The notes under the pieces were generated by a model, which saw nothing but the letters and a program-made list of their open reading frames with translations, ran no database searches and was not told the origin of the DNA. DNA of 63,492 nucleotides, counting the filler, from Octopus bimaculoides (Eukaryota), in assembly GCF_001194135.2 (NCBI RefSeq). It is 7 parts of 6 records of this genome, joined end to end, with 100 filler letters (N's around TTAATTAATTAA, not from the genome) between each part and the next. Parts side by side here need not be neighbours in the genome. Positions count along the whole stretch, not along the records: positions 1 to 18,052 come from NC_068981.1; positions 18,153 to 29,781 come from NC_068985.1; 5 more parts are not named here. One strand, 5' to 3'. The translations under genes were made by a program, and so were the position numbers. Below, one piece after another: positions 14,285 to 26,910 of this stretch; positions within the stretch are counted from its first letter, which is position 1; each line of letters begins with the position of its first letter.

Positions 14285-15308
14285 AAAGTTATTACAGTAC
14301 ACAATGCTAGGAGACTATCTAGTTTCCAGAGAGCTGGTGATAATAATAAGATAGATAAGGGAAATTACTTTAATAGCAGGAATAATAATGGTAGTAACCA
14401 AGAATAAAGGGCTGGAATATTTTGTAGACAGCAGGGGTTGATTGGAAACATTACAATTAAATACAACCAGAGAGAAGATAGCTCAAGAGCAGCGAGAAGT
14501 AGTGCAGGGGACGCAATGTCACACCCACAACTTCTATCCCAACTGGACCAGATCAAGGGACCCCTAGAAATAGCAGTATGGAAACCCTAGACAATAACCA
14601 GAATACAAATAATAGTAGACCATTAGATATACAAACACAGAGGAGATCTGATATAAGCACCTCTAACATAGGTAATGATAACAAAGATAGAAATCTTTGT
14701 AATTGTGGAAAAAATAAAATTTCCTACTTCTATATATAGGTTGAGTCTTGACAAGCTTTAAGGCGAGACTGGCAAATTATGTAAATTCATTTTAGGATAA
14801 AAATAAGATGAATAGCATGAGTTTGCAAGTTAATCTGGTCCTTCAAAGACAGGAACACTAACTTTAGTATAGAATGGGATAAAATTAGTACAACTCCTTC
14901 ATATAGAACAGAGGGAAAGAGATGTGATTGGTGCATAGAAGAAATGTTCTAGATTCTTACATCCAAACATAAATTACTTAACAGTAGACTAGAACAGGCC
15001 TTGAGATATTTATACATGCATGGGAAAACCTTTAACCATTTTCATGCAGATATCGGGTAATTTGATATTATAGTGACACATTAAGGTATTGAAACCTATA
15101 AATAACACTAAAACCCAATTAAACAGTGTAAAACTATAAGTTATATTGATGAAATCCTATCAAAGTAACTAAGTTTAACAGCATTTCTTTCAATCTCCTT
15201 TAACTCTTGGAAAAACCATGTTAGAATGCCTAGATATGCTTTGACCTAAATTCAATATAGATTAAACTCCTGTTTTCCACTCTGCACTGGTATTAAGTAG
15301 AGGTCATT

Positions 15309-15785
15309 CATCATCATCATCATCATCGTTTAACGTCCGCTTTCCATGCTAGCATGGGTTGGACGATTTGACTGAGGACTGGTGAAACCGGATGGCAACA
15401 CCAGGCTCCAGTCTAATTTGGCAGAGTTTCTACAGCTGGATGCCCTTCCTAACGCCAACCACTCAGAGAGTGTAGTGGGTGCTTTTACGTGTCACCCGCA
15501 CGAAAACGGCCACGCTCGAAATGGTGTCTTTTATGTGCCACCCGCACAAGCCAGTCCAGGGGCACTGGCAACGATCTCGCTCGAAAATCCTACGGGAGCC
15601 AGTCAGGCGGTACTGGCAACGGCCACGCTCAAAATGGTGCATCTCATGTGCCACCCGCACAAGAACCAGTCCAGGGGCACTGGCAACGATCTTACTTGGC
15701 TTGCCGGGTCTTCTCACGCACAGCACATTTCCAAAGGTCTTGGTCAGTAGTCATCGCCTCGGTGAGGCCCAATGTACGAAGGTTG
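15309..15785 (-). mobile_element. 5'-truncated RTE LINE 3' end inserted in the Penelope 3' repeat
   Basis: (TCA)n followed by the reverse complement of the 1-652 tail. It interrupts sequence that is contiguous in the inverted copy at 12190-12230. Confidence 0.85.
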
Positions 15786-16235
15786 GTAGCCATATCAAAT
15801 TTCAACATATCCCCCATCACTTCACTTGGTATCTAAAACTAGGCACATGTAAATAAATCAACTCAGTTCGTTTTGAACCACGCCTGCTGAAGGCCCCTAA
15901 ATGAAGGTGAAACCAAATAATTATGCTGTATGACTAACTGTAAAATTAAACGAAGAAGATTTTGATGATGTACCTATCTCCATATTCTTTTGAATTATCT
16001 GAAATCTACACTCCTGATATTATTCATAATCCATGGAATCTAACCTGTAGTTACCCATTGGAAGGATTACAGTGAGATTGCTAATACTTACTGATCATTG
16101 ACACTTAGTACTGCTTGATGCTGTTAGCTGTAACCTGGAATACAGCAGAGAGCTATCACAGTACCCACCTGGATAATCTTATCTCTATACACTCACATTA
16201 CATACATACATGCATGCATGCATACATACATACAT

Positions 16236-16294
<59 letters not shown>

Positions 16295-16686
16295 NNNNNN
16301 NNNNNNNNNNNNNNNNNNNNNNNNNNNNNNNNNNNNNNNNNNNNNNNNNNNNNNNNNNNNNNNNNNNNNNNNNNNNNNNNNNNNNNNNNNNNNNNNNNNN
16401 NNNNNNNNNNNNNNNNNNNNNNNNNNNNNNNNNNNNNNNNNNNNNNNNNNNNNNNNNNNNNNNNNNNNNNNNNNNNNNNNNNNNNNNNNNNNNNNNNNNN
16501 NNNNNNNNNNNNNNNNNNNNNNNNNNNNNNNNNNNNNNNNNNNNNNNNNNNNNNNNNNNNNNNNNNNNNNNNNNNNNNNNNNNNNNNNNNNNNNNNNNNN
16601 NNNNNNNNNNNNNNNNNGTGCAAAAAAATTTGTAAGGGAAATTTCTATTCCCAAGAATATACTTATTCGTTTATATATATATATAA

Positions 16687-17162
16687 AGGGCATTACTACA
16701 GAATAATGCCACACACTAGACTTCCAAAATAAACACATTTTAGTACCAAATGCGAGGGAAATAGCTTTTGAAAGAAACCAACATTTAAAAATAAAATAAA
16801 CTCAACTATGTATTGACCGATTTCATGATTACCAGAATTAAATCTAGTTTCCGTTCGTCAGCATAGTATAGTATCAACATATACGAATAAACAGAATTCT
16901 CACCTTACCAAAATGAACACGCATGTATCTGGCCCAGCAAAGGGAATGATGTTCATCCACATACACCGGTAAAAAAGCGGGAATCTTTCTGAGTTGTTCT
17001 CGGTACTTGTGTAAAAAAACGGAACAAATTCAGCATTGAATATATTCCGGATATATATTTTTGGTTAATAAAATCAAAAAAGGATAAAATGTTTTACAAG
17101 AATTTTATCAGGAAGCTAGTGTGCAAAAAAATTTGTAAGGGAAATTTCTGTAGTAATGCCCT
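16687..17162. mobile_element. TIR-bounded MITE (Kolobok-like ends)
   Basis: Perfect 25-bp inverted repeat including flanks: atatataaagggcattactacagaa (16679-16703) and ttctgtagtaatgccctttatatat (17146-17170). Ends AGGG..CCCT sit in TTAA-like flanks; the superfamily call is tentative. Confidence 0.5.
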
Positions 17163-18052
17163 TTATATATCAATATATATAAAAGAGAGGATGTGTGTGT
17201 GTGTGCGGGAATGCAGTTTATGCATGTCCACAAATTAGCACGCATGTCGCTCCAATTTTAGGAGAAGATTCGGAATGACCCTATGTGCATTTTCGTCAAC
17301 TTTCTCTCTCAGAGGTACCCGCGTATACCTGTAAAAATCGACAAACTTTTACCAATTTTGAAGTTTGTTGACATGGCGAAGTCAAATCTGTGCGTACACA
17401 CATGAAGTAGAGAGAGAGAGAAATTGTATGTTTGTGAGAGGGAGGGTGAAGGAGAGATACATTTTGTTTGCCAGCTTCTGTGTGGTAAGCAACAAGCAAC
17501 AAGCAAAAAGAAAAAAATACCCTCTCTCTCTGTCTCTCCCTCCCTTACATACACATGCCAGTTATCTCTCTTTCTTTCTTTCTTTCTCGCACACACACAC
17601 ACAGCAACATTACACACAAAACACATGTTGCCAAAAAGAAATAGACGCTATCTTTTTATAGTGAGTATGCGAGACAGAAAGTGTGGTGTGTATGTGAAGT
17701 TCTTTTGTTAGTGTGAGAGAGCAGCATGTGTGTGTGTGAGACCGGGAGAGAGAGAAAGAAAGAAAGAAAGAAAGAAAGAGAGATAAATGTGTGTAAGGGA
17801 GGGAGAGAGATAGAGAGGGAGAGCACGCTCTCTCTACCTCTTTCGAGTTCTTTCCCAACATTTTTTTATGGACACTGCCAAATTGATGTAAACAAACCCA
17901 TGTGGTCTGATTTTCACGTTTCTAGGTATTGTACCGTAAATCGCCATTTCCAAAATATATTTATTTCAAATCATTTATCCGTATATATATGTAAGGCAAA
18001 GTGTGTGTGTTTTGTTGATATACGGGCAACACACACACACACATACAAACAT

Positions 18053-18152
18053 NNNNNNNNNNNNNNNNNNNNNNNNNNNNNNNNNNNNNNNNNNNNTTAA
18101 TTAATTAANNNNNNNNNNNNNNNNNNNNNNNNNNNNNNNNNNNNNNNNNNNN
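18053..18152. other. Artificial scaffold-join gap (44 N + TTAATTAATTAA + 44 N)
   Basis: The same 100-nt design recurs at 29782-29881, 39097-39196, 57100-57199, 60004-60103 and 62316-62415. The 12-mer supplies stops in all six frames. Confidence 0.95.
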
Positions 18153-18386
18153 GGAAGGAATTTGGCTTGTGTAGAATTATTTAGATAACCACGTTCGCTG
18201 ATTCCCCACCAACGAAATCCCTTTTGTTCCTTTTCTTTAGCAGCTGGTTTTGTTACGGTTCTGAAGAAGGTATCCTAGGGTGGCAGTACCCTATACCCTT
18301 CAGTCGATCAATCGATCGATTGATAAGACTAAACCATTTATCCATCCAAAAGCATATATGAAACAAATGTAAGAGTCTAAAAAAAA

Positions 18387-18600
18387 ATGCGGCGAGCTGG
18401 TAGAATTGTTAACACGCTAGACGCAATTCTTTGCGGTATTTCGCCCGTCGCTACATTCTGAGTTCAAATTCCACCGAGGTCGATTTTGGCTTTCGTCCTT
18501 TCGGGGGTTGATGAAATAAGTACCAGTTACGCACTGGGGTCGATGAAATCGACTATCCTCTCCTCCCAAATTTCAGGCCAGGTGCCTATAGTAGAAAAGA
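18387..18600 (+). mobile_element. tRNA-derived SINE with a Meta-like central domain
   Basis: gcgagctggtagaattgttaacacg..gagttcaaattccaccgaggtcga..tttcgtcctttcggggttgatgaaataagtaccag. Other copies: 27780-27985, 28815-29010, 30807-30915, 31490-31585, 32265-32545, 33470-33660, 33670-33865 (all -); 56283-56480 and 61538-61700 (+). The domain name is from memory. Confidence 0.75.
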
Positions 18601-20289
18601 AATGTAAGCGTCTAATAAGTAAATCAAGTTTCTCTACTCAACGAGGGGGGCTGGACAAACACAACACACACATAGATATATATATATACAAAGGGTTTGT
18701 CTCAGTTGCGATTTACCAGATCCACTCACCAGGCTTTGGCCGGCCAGAGCTATGGTAAAAGAGACTTGATCAAGGTGTCACGCAGTGGGACTGAACTCGG
18801 AACCGTACGTTTGAGAAACAAACTTTATATTACACAGCCACGTATGTTCTCTTCTATTTTTATTTGAATTCTTCGGTAAAGAAGGAGCTAGTGTATAATA
18901 ACGATATTTATCTTCTCATGAACAAACATCCCAATCTACCAAAACCGGTCATGCGACGACGTGAAGTTTAAATATTCGGCCAATGTGTCCTCGTCAAGGA
19001 CAAGGAGAGGGAATACAGAAAAGAAAACCCTTCTTCCAGAAAAAATAAGGCAACAATATCAATGAGGAGATACAGAACCCGGAAATCTTCATCACCGACA
19101 CCAAAACAACAAAACCTCCAACACTACCCCGCCAATAACCACAACTACGTCAACAACAGTAGGAAGATCCACAAAAAAAAAAGCAACCAAGTATACATAA
19201 AATCCAAGCTTTTAACTTCAGTGATGTTAACTAAAGCAATAATGTGTTAATGGAATACATAAAATACCATTTATTCGAAAACAGACTACACAGAGAAGAG
19301 GAGGAATGAACAACTACAAAATACAAATATCACTAACATAAACAGTTTGATTAACGGAGAACTCTTGAAGAAGCTTAACGTTAAAATTTTCAGCTGCTTT
19401 TCAAAGCTTCTGCGAGAGGTAAGTGGGTGAACTACTAGACGTTGAGAGGTAAGAGGTTGAATTCCAAGGAACGTCACCCAATCGACGAGAAGACTGAGTT
19501 GATTGGCCTTCCGCAAAGCTAACGTGTGTAACCACTTTAGGATGGTAAGTCAGTTATCTTGGATGTATACAACAGCTAAGGTAGTACTTTTAAACTTCTG
19601 ACCATCTACAAGGGAGTACTGAAAAGTTTCTGGCTTTAAGGGTGTTACGAAAGACCTGGTTGGAGGCTCAACGTTTCGAGTTCTTTTACATAGCTTAGAA
19701 AAACTGAAGGATTACTGAAATAAATATGAAAATCTGAAAAGGAAATAAGTTGATTAACACCGTAATTAATTGATCCTTCTGTATTTTCTTTTACCCAAAG
19801 CCAGAACTTCTCAGCCCCTCATCGTATACCTTGACATCAGGATGTATTCTTTAGAACGGCCTGTTCTATAATATTATTGAGCAACTGGAATGGTATCTCA
19901 GACACTGAATGGAATTGTGTGGGGCTATCCAAAAGAAGAGTGGGGTGTAGAAGCCTCATAATCTGTTCAGACGTTTCCGAGTGTTTGGTAGGTACCGACT
20001 GTATTTCATGAATATCCCAGTCGTAGATGTGAAGTAATCGCACTGGGTCATCTAGACATCATCAAGACAGGGTATTTATTTATTCAGTAGATAAGGATAA
20101 TGTAGAATGTTCACAAATCTAATCGGTTGGCTCCGCTGATTTCATTACAGTTCAGTGATCTGCATGGTCGACTTAGACAGAACTCGTGCACAGAGACTTG
20201 GCTATTGGAATCTGAACGTATCGTTCACGTCGTGTAAAGCCTACAGAGACAGGATTTCACTTTGTTTAAGAGGTGTTTCAAATTTGTCG

Positions 20290-22200
20290 GAGAACGCTAC
20301 TAAAGTGGTTACACACATAAGCTTTGCGGAAGGCCAGTCAGTTCGGTCTTCTCGACAAACAAACAATGGAGATAGCGTTCCGAGGGAGGCAATTAGAGTA
20401 TAATGGTTAAGATTTTGGCGAAGAAATAGCTGTGGAATAAAATAGATTGGAGGGGGAATTACTGAATAAATTAGAAGAGTCAATTACTAAAGGCATCGCG
20501 ACCGACATGTTCTGTCGGCGCGAAGGTTGCGTTGTCAGATTTAAAGTAGGTGCCCTAAGACACAAGAAGAAAGGCCTAGATTGCAGGAGTGCAGCGTGGC
20601 AACAAAACCACATTTCAGTCTTTGATAGACCTGAATAGAAGCGTGCTACTCAAGTCCGAGTAGACATGTGCGGTTTCCAGCGGCACTTGAGTCAACTTTT
20701 CGAGGCGAGCAGTGGGACGGAGAGTGAAATGGATTTTACTGCAAAAACATGAAAATAAACCCGACTGAGGTAGAGGGTCTGATGATTCGTTATAGGAGGC
20801 GCAGATTGCCTGGTATACATGGTCTTCCCTACACCTTTACGTAAATATGCATGACTTGTTTGCTTTCAGGTACTTTGACTTGGCAGCATAGAAAGTACAT
20901 CATCTGTTACGTAAGCTTGGAAGCGCTAGGGCTGCACAAGAATGACGCAAACCAAGGGGAGGCAATCTATAGTTTTTTACACATAACTCCTCCGAATGCA
21001 GAATTTAAGAGAGGTGTGAAATTCGTGGTGGGAAAAGTACTGCGAAATCCCAGTCAAATCTATCCACCTCTTATAAATTGTACAGAATGTCGGCGGGTCT
21101 GTGATGAAAGCTTTTGAAAGAGCAACCATCGCTTCTTGAAGGTTGTTCTCTAAGCATCTGATTTTGGTCCTGTCCTTAAAGGCTGGAGCGTTTCAATTTA
21201 CAACAACGTTTGCTCGTTGGTAGCCAACTGTCGGAGGCAGTTCAGATCCCTTATGGGTGTGTTCTTTCACCGCTTCTCTATGTAAGAATTCTTGAGCCAC
21301 TAACACAGAAATTAGCGCTGTTTAAGAGTCGCCCGTTTGAACTGGAACGCGGAAGAGCTATGTCATAATAATAATGGTGGATACGACAGAAATCGAGTTG
21401 GTCAGCATCATTCGAAAGGATGAAAAAAATCAATCAGGTGGTGGTCATGGAACTCAACACATGGTGAGGAAAGCCTTTGACATCAATAAGCGTTGTGGTG
21501 CACAAGGTGTGTAATCCTGTTAAGTTTCTTGTGGTCAAGTTCGATCTCAACCACCATGTAGCTAGGAATTGGGAGGAGGTTATTAGCCGAGTGGTCAGAA
21601 ACAGGCTGAAAGGAAGCTATCCTTGAAAAGTTAAACAGAGATGGTGAATCTAGACGTAACCACCGTTATATGCTGCCGCTGAGCCGTCGTACCTTGTCCT
21701 TTTTTCGTCTAATCATGTTCGGGCGTCTACTTTGTAACTTATTGTGTAAGACATGCGTTCCACTCACTAGATGGGTCATCTCCTGCCAATGTCCGGGGGA
21801 TGGGGCAGAGGGCTCGGTACGCCATATCAGTTAATGCATGGACATGCGCTGAGGCTGCCGCATGTAGAAAGATTCCTATGCTGAGAGTAGGCATGTTATT
21901 CTTTTGTTAGTCATATCTTTGCTCACAGTTTATTTCCTTGATAGAACTGCAATCCTGGGTCAAGCGAGCACCAAGAATAGGCAGCTGATATCTTAAACGT
22001 TGTCAGCCCTCTTCGTCTCAGGCAATGTTGTCAGTGAAATGTCCAGGTTGGCGTTATTTCGAAGACAAGGGTAGAGAGAGTGACGACGACGTTCTCTGAA
22101 AAGGAAAACTCTAGGGGTCGGTAAGAATCAACTGACCAGTATGGAGGACGTTCGGTCCAGGAACTGTGGGTAACTTTGGATAAATCCTAGGTCTGGTGGT
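20290..22200 (+). mobile_element. Degraded L1-clade (Tx1-like) LINE, RT region
   Basis: Around 21105-21310 it reads KAFER..HRFLKVVL*ASDFGPVLKGW..IYNNVCS..GCVLSPLLYVRILEPLTQKL, matching Tx1 RT KAFDRVDHR..GFGP..GCPLSPLLY.L.LEP. Many stops and frameshifts; boundaries approximate. Confidence 0.7.
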
Positions 22201-23308
22201 GTTACCGGGGACAATAAAACGATACTACGACATTTTCTCCATCACAATAGTTTACGAGGTGTTTTAGCATATTTTCTGCAGAGAGCATTAAACGGATAAA
22301 GCACGAAATAATGTGGCAGGGACGAATATTATTAGTCAATAACTAGAAGTACCTATTTTTTTCCTCTGTATATAGTCGGCAGAGAAAGACTTGGTCTGAT
22401 ATTTTAAGTACTGATGTGACGTTAGAATAGTGTTATTATGAAGTGTATCCAAAAAACTTACTTGAAATGTTGGATGTAAATAAAAACGTGTTTAAAATAA
22501 ATGTTAATAATTTTCGTAGGCATGCAGCGCAATGAGTTTAGGGATAAACACGAATCGTAGAATCTCACAGATGCCATCTTGCATAAAATACTTATTTATA
22601 TTATAACTAACCACAATTATAATTAACCATAAAAAAATCGATAAGCTCCATGATTTGATATTAGTCAGATATAAAACTGACTTAATCATACCGATATTTA
22701 TTTCCTTTAATGATACAGCATTTCGACTAAGTCGGATAACAGTTTATTCTTATATATTATTAATGCTAGATTAGGGATTGGATTCCCAATTCAGATCTTT
22801 ACTCACGTTTTGCGCTGTTATTACAGGACTGTGCGACACTATTTAAAATAAAGATGGTAACATTTATATCTATAAGATTCTAGCTGTTAACTTGTTAGCG
22901 ATAAGATTTGGTTTTATTATTTTACAAAATATAAAAAAAAGATACAACACAATATTACGTTGAATACTTTTATTAATGCAGGAAGAAACAGTACAATAAA
23001 TAAATTATTCTGAATCTGGTTATAAATGATAATTGCAATAAAGGTAAAACGTTATAAAAGTGATTAACAAATTTAAAGAAGTATGATGTAACAATTATTG
23101 ATCAACCAAATTTGTCTAATACAATTCAATAGTAGAAAAACCTCGTTTAATTAATTAAAATGAATCATAGCGATAGCTTAATTCAGCTGTTAATTTTTAT
23201 ATTTTTATATTTTTATTCCTGAATAAATGTAGATTTTGTTTACTAATTAGAATTTTTTTATATCCAAAATATATGAAACGGATGAAATTGAACTCTACGC
23301 CCTTTATT

Positions 23309-24836
23309 TTATTGGGCAACTTTGCATTCAGATTTCAAACATGGATGATTGAGACCTTGTTTCTGGATTAAACGATCAATCGCCAAGTTTTTCATTGAAC
23401 ATCTATCAACTTTTCCATTTCCAAGTTTAGGAAATTTGTCAAACTCTAGAAAATAATCTGGAGTAGATGAAATGTTGTCGAAGTTATTTGGCTGAGGCAA
23501 ATTTTCGTTGCAGAATTGAAACATTGATGCTTCATGCATTTTTTTACCATGCTTCATAATTAAACAAGCACAAATGTTTGACCCGTGTACTTCATCTGGT
23601 ACAGGGACAACAACAACGTTGTCAACGTCAGGGTAACGCAACATACGTTGCTCAACAAATCTAGTTGATACTTTTCTAGCTGATTTCGTAATGTAGTCAA
23701 CGTCTCTGCCGCACAAAATCATTTCCTTATTCTCAGTCATTTTACAAATATCGCTTGTCTTAAACCATCCTTTGTCTTGAATTGATTCTCCGTCAGCATT
23801 CACTTTTGAGCACCATGCAGCTCGCACACATAAATGACCTTCTTCGCCGATACCGACAATTTTGTTATTATCATCCACAATTTTTACTTCCACATCCGGA
23901 AAAATTTGACCAATTATTCCAGGAACATAACTATCAACATTGGCTTTCGTGAAGCTCTTATGACCAATTATTAGAGTTTCAGCGGCGGCCATATGTTGAT
24001 CGATTAATGCTGACCAAGATAAACCATGCTTCACATTATCTAAGGATGTTATGTCACCTGATATCATAACGAAATCCATCATATTTTCATCTTCTGGACA
24101 GAAATGTAAATCTGATGGAAGTAAGGCCATCTTTTTACATCCCTCTTTTGCCAAGATTCCTTTCAGTTTGGTGAAGTCTTTGGGGGCATTTAGGCTACAC
24201 ATATCTGCAGAGATATATTTCAGCCCAGTTGCTATAAATGAGAGAGGGTATGCACCACCAAAACCAAAATAGCGTTCATTGAAAAATGTATCGTTTTCAG
24301 TTAAATCAAGTTCTTTACAATAAACCTCTGAAGCATTAATGATATCAAAGCTGCTATGAGTAACCCGCTTAGGTTTTCCTGTTGTTCCAGATGTTTGAAG
24401 AATTATAGTGATATCTTCGGCCTCCATGCGAGGAAGAGTGATACTTATATCATTTTTTACCATTTCTACCAACTCATCATAACACAAACCTTTAATTGGT
24501 GATTTTGTTTTCGAAACATTAATGGCTAAACGTAGATTTGGAAAAGCTTCACTGACTACATTACCATTTTCGAAAATATCTGCTACCTTAAGTAATTTAT
24601 AGTAAAATGTCGGGTCTGAGTCAAAAATTATTGCCACACAATCTTCTAGCATGGGTAAGAAATCAGCTTGTCCGGCCCAGAGTCTCACCGAACATCCTCC
24701 AGCCATCATAATACCACTGTCATATACCATCCACTCAACACAGTTTGATACACAGAGGGCAATTCGATCACCTTTCTTGATTCCTTTCTTGACAAGGGCT
24801 TTAGCAAACTGCTCTGTTCCATCATAGAGTTGTTTT
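23309..24836 (-). CDS. ANL-superfamily acyl-CoA synthetase/luciferase-like enzyme, large terminal coding exon
   Basis: Acceptor ttttccttggcag|A AAA CAA at 24836; open to TAA at 23309 (KQLYDGTEQFAKALVKKGIKKGDRIAL..). Motifs: P-loop LQTSGTTGKPK, FNERYFGFGG, GHLCVR, GWFKTSD, GRDVD, VPVPDEVHG, PKLGNGKVDR. Confidence 0.92.
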
Positions 24837-25089
24837 CTGCCAAGGAAAATATACCAGAAAATGATAAACTTAAAAAAAAGGAAAGAAAATAAATATCTAC
24901 ATTAGAAATAACGACATGTATTAAAATATATACTCCAAGCGTATTAAACGTTTCATCTATGAAATAATTCGGTAGTATAAAACAATATGCATCGAATAGT
25001 TTTCTTAATATTTTTTTACCAGTAAATTCTCCCCATTCTTTGGCGGACTTTGTGTGGATTTTAAAAAACTAATGGGAAGTCTCCCGATA

Positions 25090-25350
25090 GTTTTGCTATG
25101 AAGCATGTCCGAGAAACTGACAGTGTATTTCGGAGGGTTCGAGGGAAGTGGAGGAAGTGAAGAGGTGAAAAGCATGTTTGGTTTCATGTATGTGGGAGGG
25201 GTGAGCAGCAACCAAGGGTACGAGGAAGGCGTCAAGGTAATTGGAGACGATTTCATTGGGGCAGGCTCTTCCCCGTGTTGTCTCTTCTCGAAAAATGGAC
25301 AGACTACCATACCCCATTTCTTTTATCTTCTTATCCACTTGACACGTAAA
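25090..25350 (-). mobile_element. Penelope (Poseidon-type) RT fragment in the ANL-gene intron
   Basis: RGRACPNEIVSNYLDAFLVPLVAAHPSHIHETKHAFHLF matches the PLE RT pattern GRPIVS..CPTE..S.YLD..L.PLV..LPSYI.DT.HAL.LF. Confidence 0.6.
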
Positions 25351-25647
25351 CATACACCTACACGTTCATAAACACACATAACCAAACACAGCGTCTTGTC
25401 GACACACATATTCATACATATCTACTCTTCGTACACATACACACCCACTCACGCACATATACGAACACACACACGCACACACACTCACACAAATTCCCAC
25501 ACAGAGGCAGTCTCACATACTCCTTTTCTCCACTTTTCACACACTTCCATACGCACATACATACACACATATCAATATATATATATGTATATATATAGGC
25601 TTTCATACACATATGCACATATATATATATTCATACGTATACATATG

Positions 25648-25683
<36 letters not shown>

Positions 25684-25832
25684 NNNNNNNNNNNNNNNNN
25701 NNNNNNNNNNNNNNNNNNNNNNNNNNNNNNNNNNNNNNNNNNNNNNNNNNNNNNNNNNNNNNNNNNNNNNNNNNNNNNNNNNNNNNNNNNNNNNNNNNNN
25801 NNNNNNNNNNNNNNNNNNNNNNNNNNNNNNNN

Positions 25833-25882
<50 letters not shown>

Positions 25883-26910
25883 TATCGTAGCCGTACAGCG
25901 AATGTGGCAACTACTATAAGCAGTTCCCCGAAGAATATTGGGTTTCATTTCTATTTTCCTTAAGTAAGATTAAAATTTGCAAAGTATCATTTTAAAGCAT
26001 CAACTATAAAAACTATGATCCAATAAAAGACCCCAGCCTTAAATGCAATAAAATATATGTAACTCTTGGCATCAAACAGCTCGCCCATATATTTGGAATA
26101 GGAAATAACCAATTCATTATCAAATAAACAATTTAGTCATAATAAAATGTGGTTTGGCCACGGCTTATAAGTTATGTGTATATATGTGTGTGCGTGCGTG
26201 TGTCAGAGTATGTCATGTGTAGTAACTTGTTTCATGAGAATAATCAAATATATTTTATTATGTCTAGATTGATTACTTAATTATAAACTAATTATTTCCC
26301 GTTCCAAGTATTTCATATGTGATTATATTAATATCAATTACAAAACCCCGACATCTTCACTTTTCGCCTGTCAACAGTAATCTTTATGCACATTCTCAAT
26401 ATTCTTCAATCAACTTAATCAATCTTGCATATATAAGTACAAGTTTCGCATTTAACATTCTTTTTCAAGTCTGCAAACATTATTTCTACAAACATTATGA
26501 AAGTTTTTTAAAAACTTTATAAATTAACGGGGGTTCCTAATAGAAGTATCGAGATCAATCACAGTTGCTGAACACTGTGTAATTATAATGATTGTATATC
26601 GATCAGACATATTGTACCTCAATGCTGCTTACTCAGCGCTTAGGCTATGACAAACTTTTAACTAGAAATGACATTCACCACCGCTGCTTTGTGCAGAAAC
26701 CCAATTTAATAAACGGGAATATATATATATAACTAACAAACATTATGTAATTCAAATATGTTAATGATCAAAAGGAAACATAGTGACACTACACCTTGGA
26801 AATGAACGTCTCTAAATCTCATAAATCCCAATCTAAACTCACTAAGTCTTTCTATTAAGAATGGATAAATATTTGCGTCCAAAACTGATAGACAAAATAT
26901 TAGCTCTTAC

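Larger units (their letters stand above)
11962..16190 (+). mobile_element. Near-complete degraded Penelope-like retroelement with inverted and direct pseudo-LTR copies
   Basis: Open N-terminal ORF at 12810-13196. RT remnants: GITMGSSDS at ~13630, VVNFLDITLDL at ~13810, HKPNESL..SNH at ~13865. GIY-YIG remnant at ~14990-15240. 11962-12389 is an inverted copy of 15142-15950, and 12460-12672 is a direct copy of 15981-16190. Confidence 0.8.

Noticed and set aside
15463-15856. Overlapping GC-rich ORFs with repeated units; superficially CRISPR- or minisatellite-like (also 58-460, 35453-35876)
   Set aside because: These are the tandem units of the RTE 3' UTR; eukaryotic context, with no repeat-spacer regularity or cas genes.
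16618-16646. 29-bp direct repeat of 17121-17149
   Set aside because: Begins exactly at a gap edge, so it may be a contig-end artefact; cannot be interpreted without reads.
18097-18108. TTAATTAATTAA recurring in the middle of six N runs
   Set aside because: Identical 44N+12+44N design each time; an assembler spacer with six-frame stops, not biological. Adjacency across these joins is uncertain.
18915-18952. ctcatgaa..ccaaaaccggtc, a possible hammerhead remnant (also ttggtgaggaccgaaac at 63453-63470 and ctgacaagc..tcatgaatac near 39297-39332)
   Set aside because: Two or more core mismatches and no helix I pairing; compatible with decayed Penelope ends but not supportable as ribozymes.
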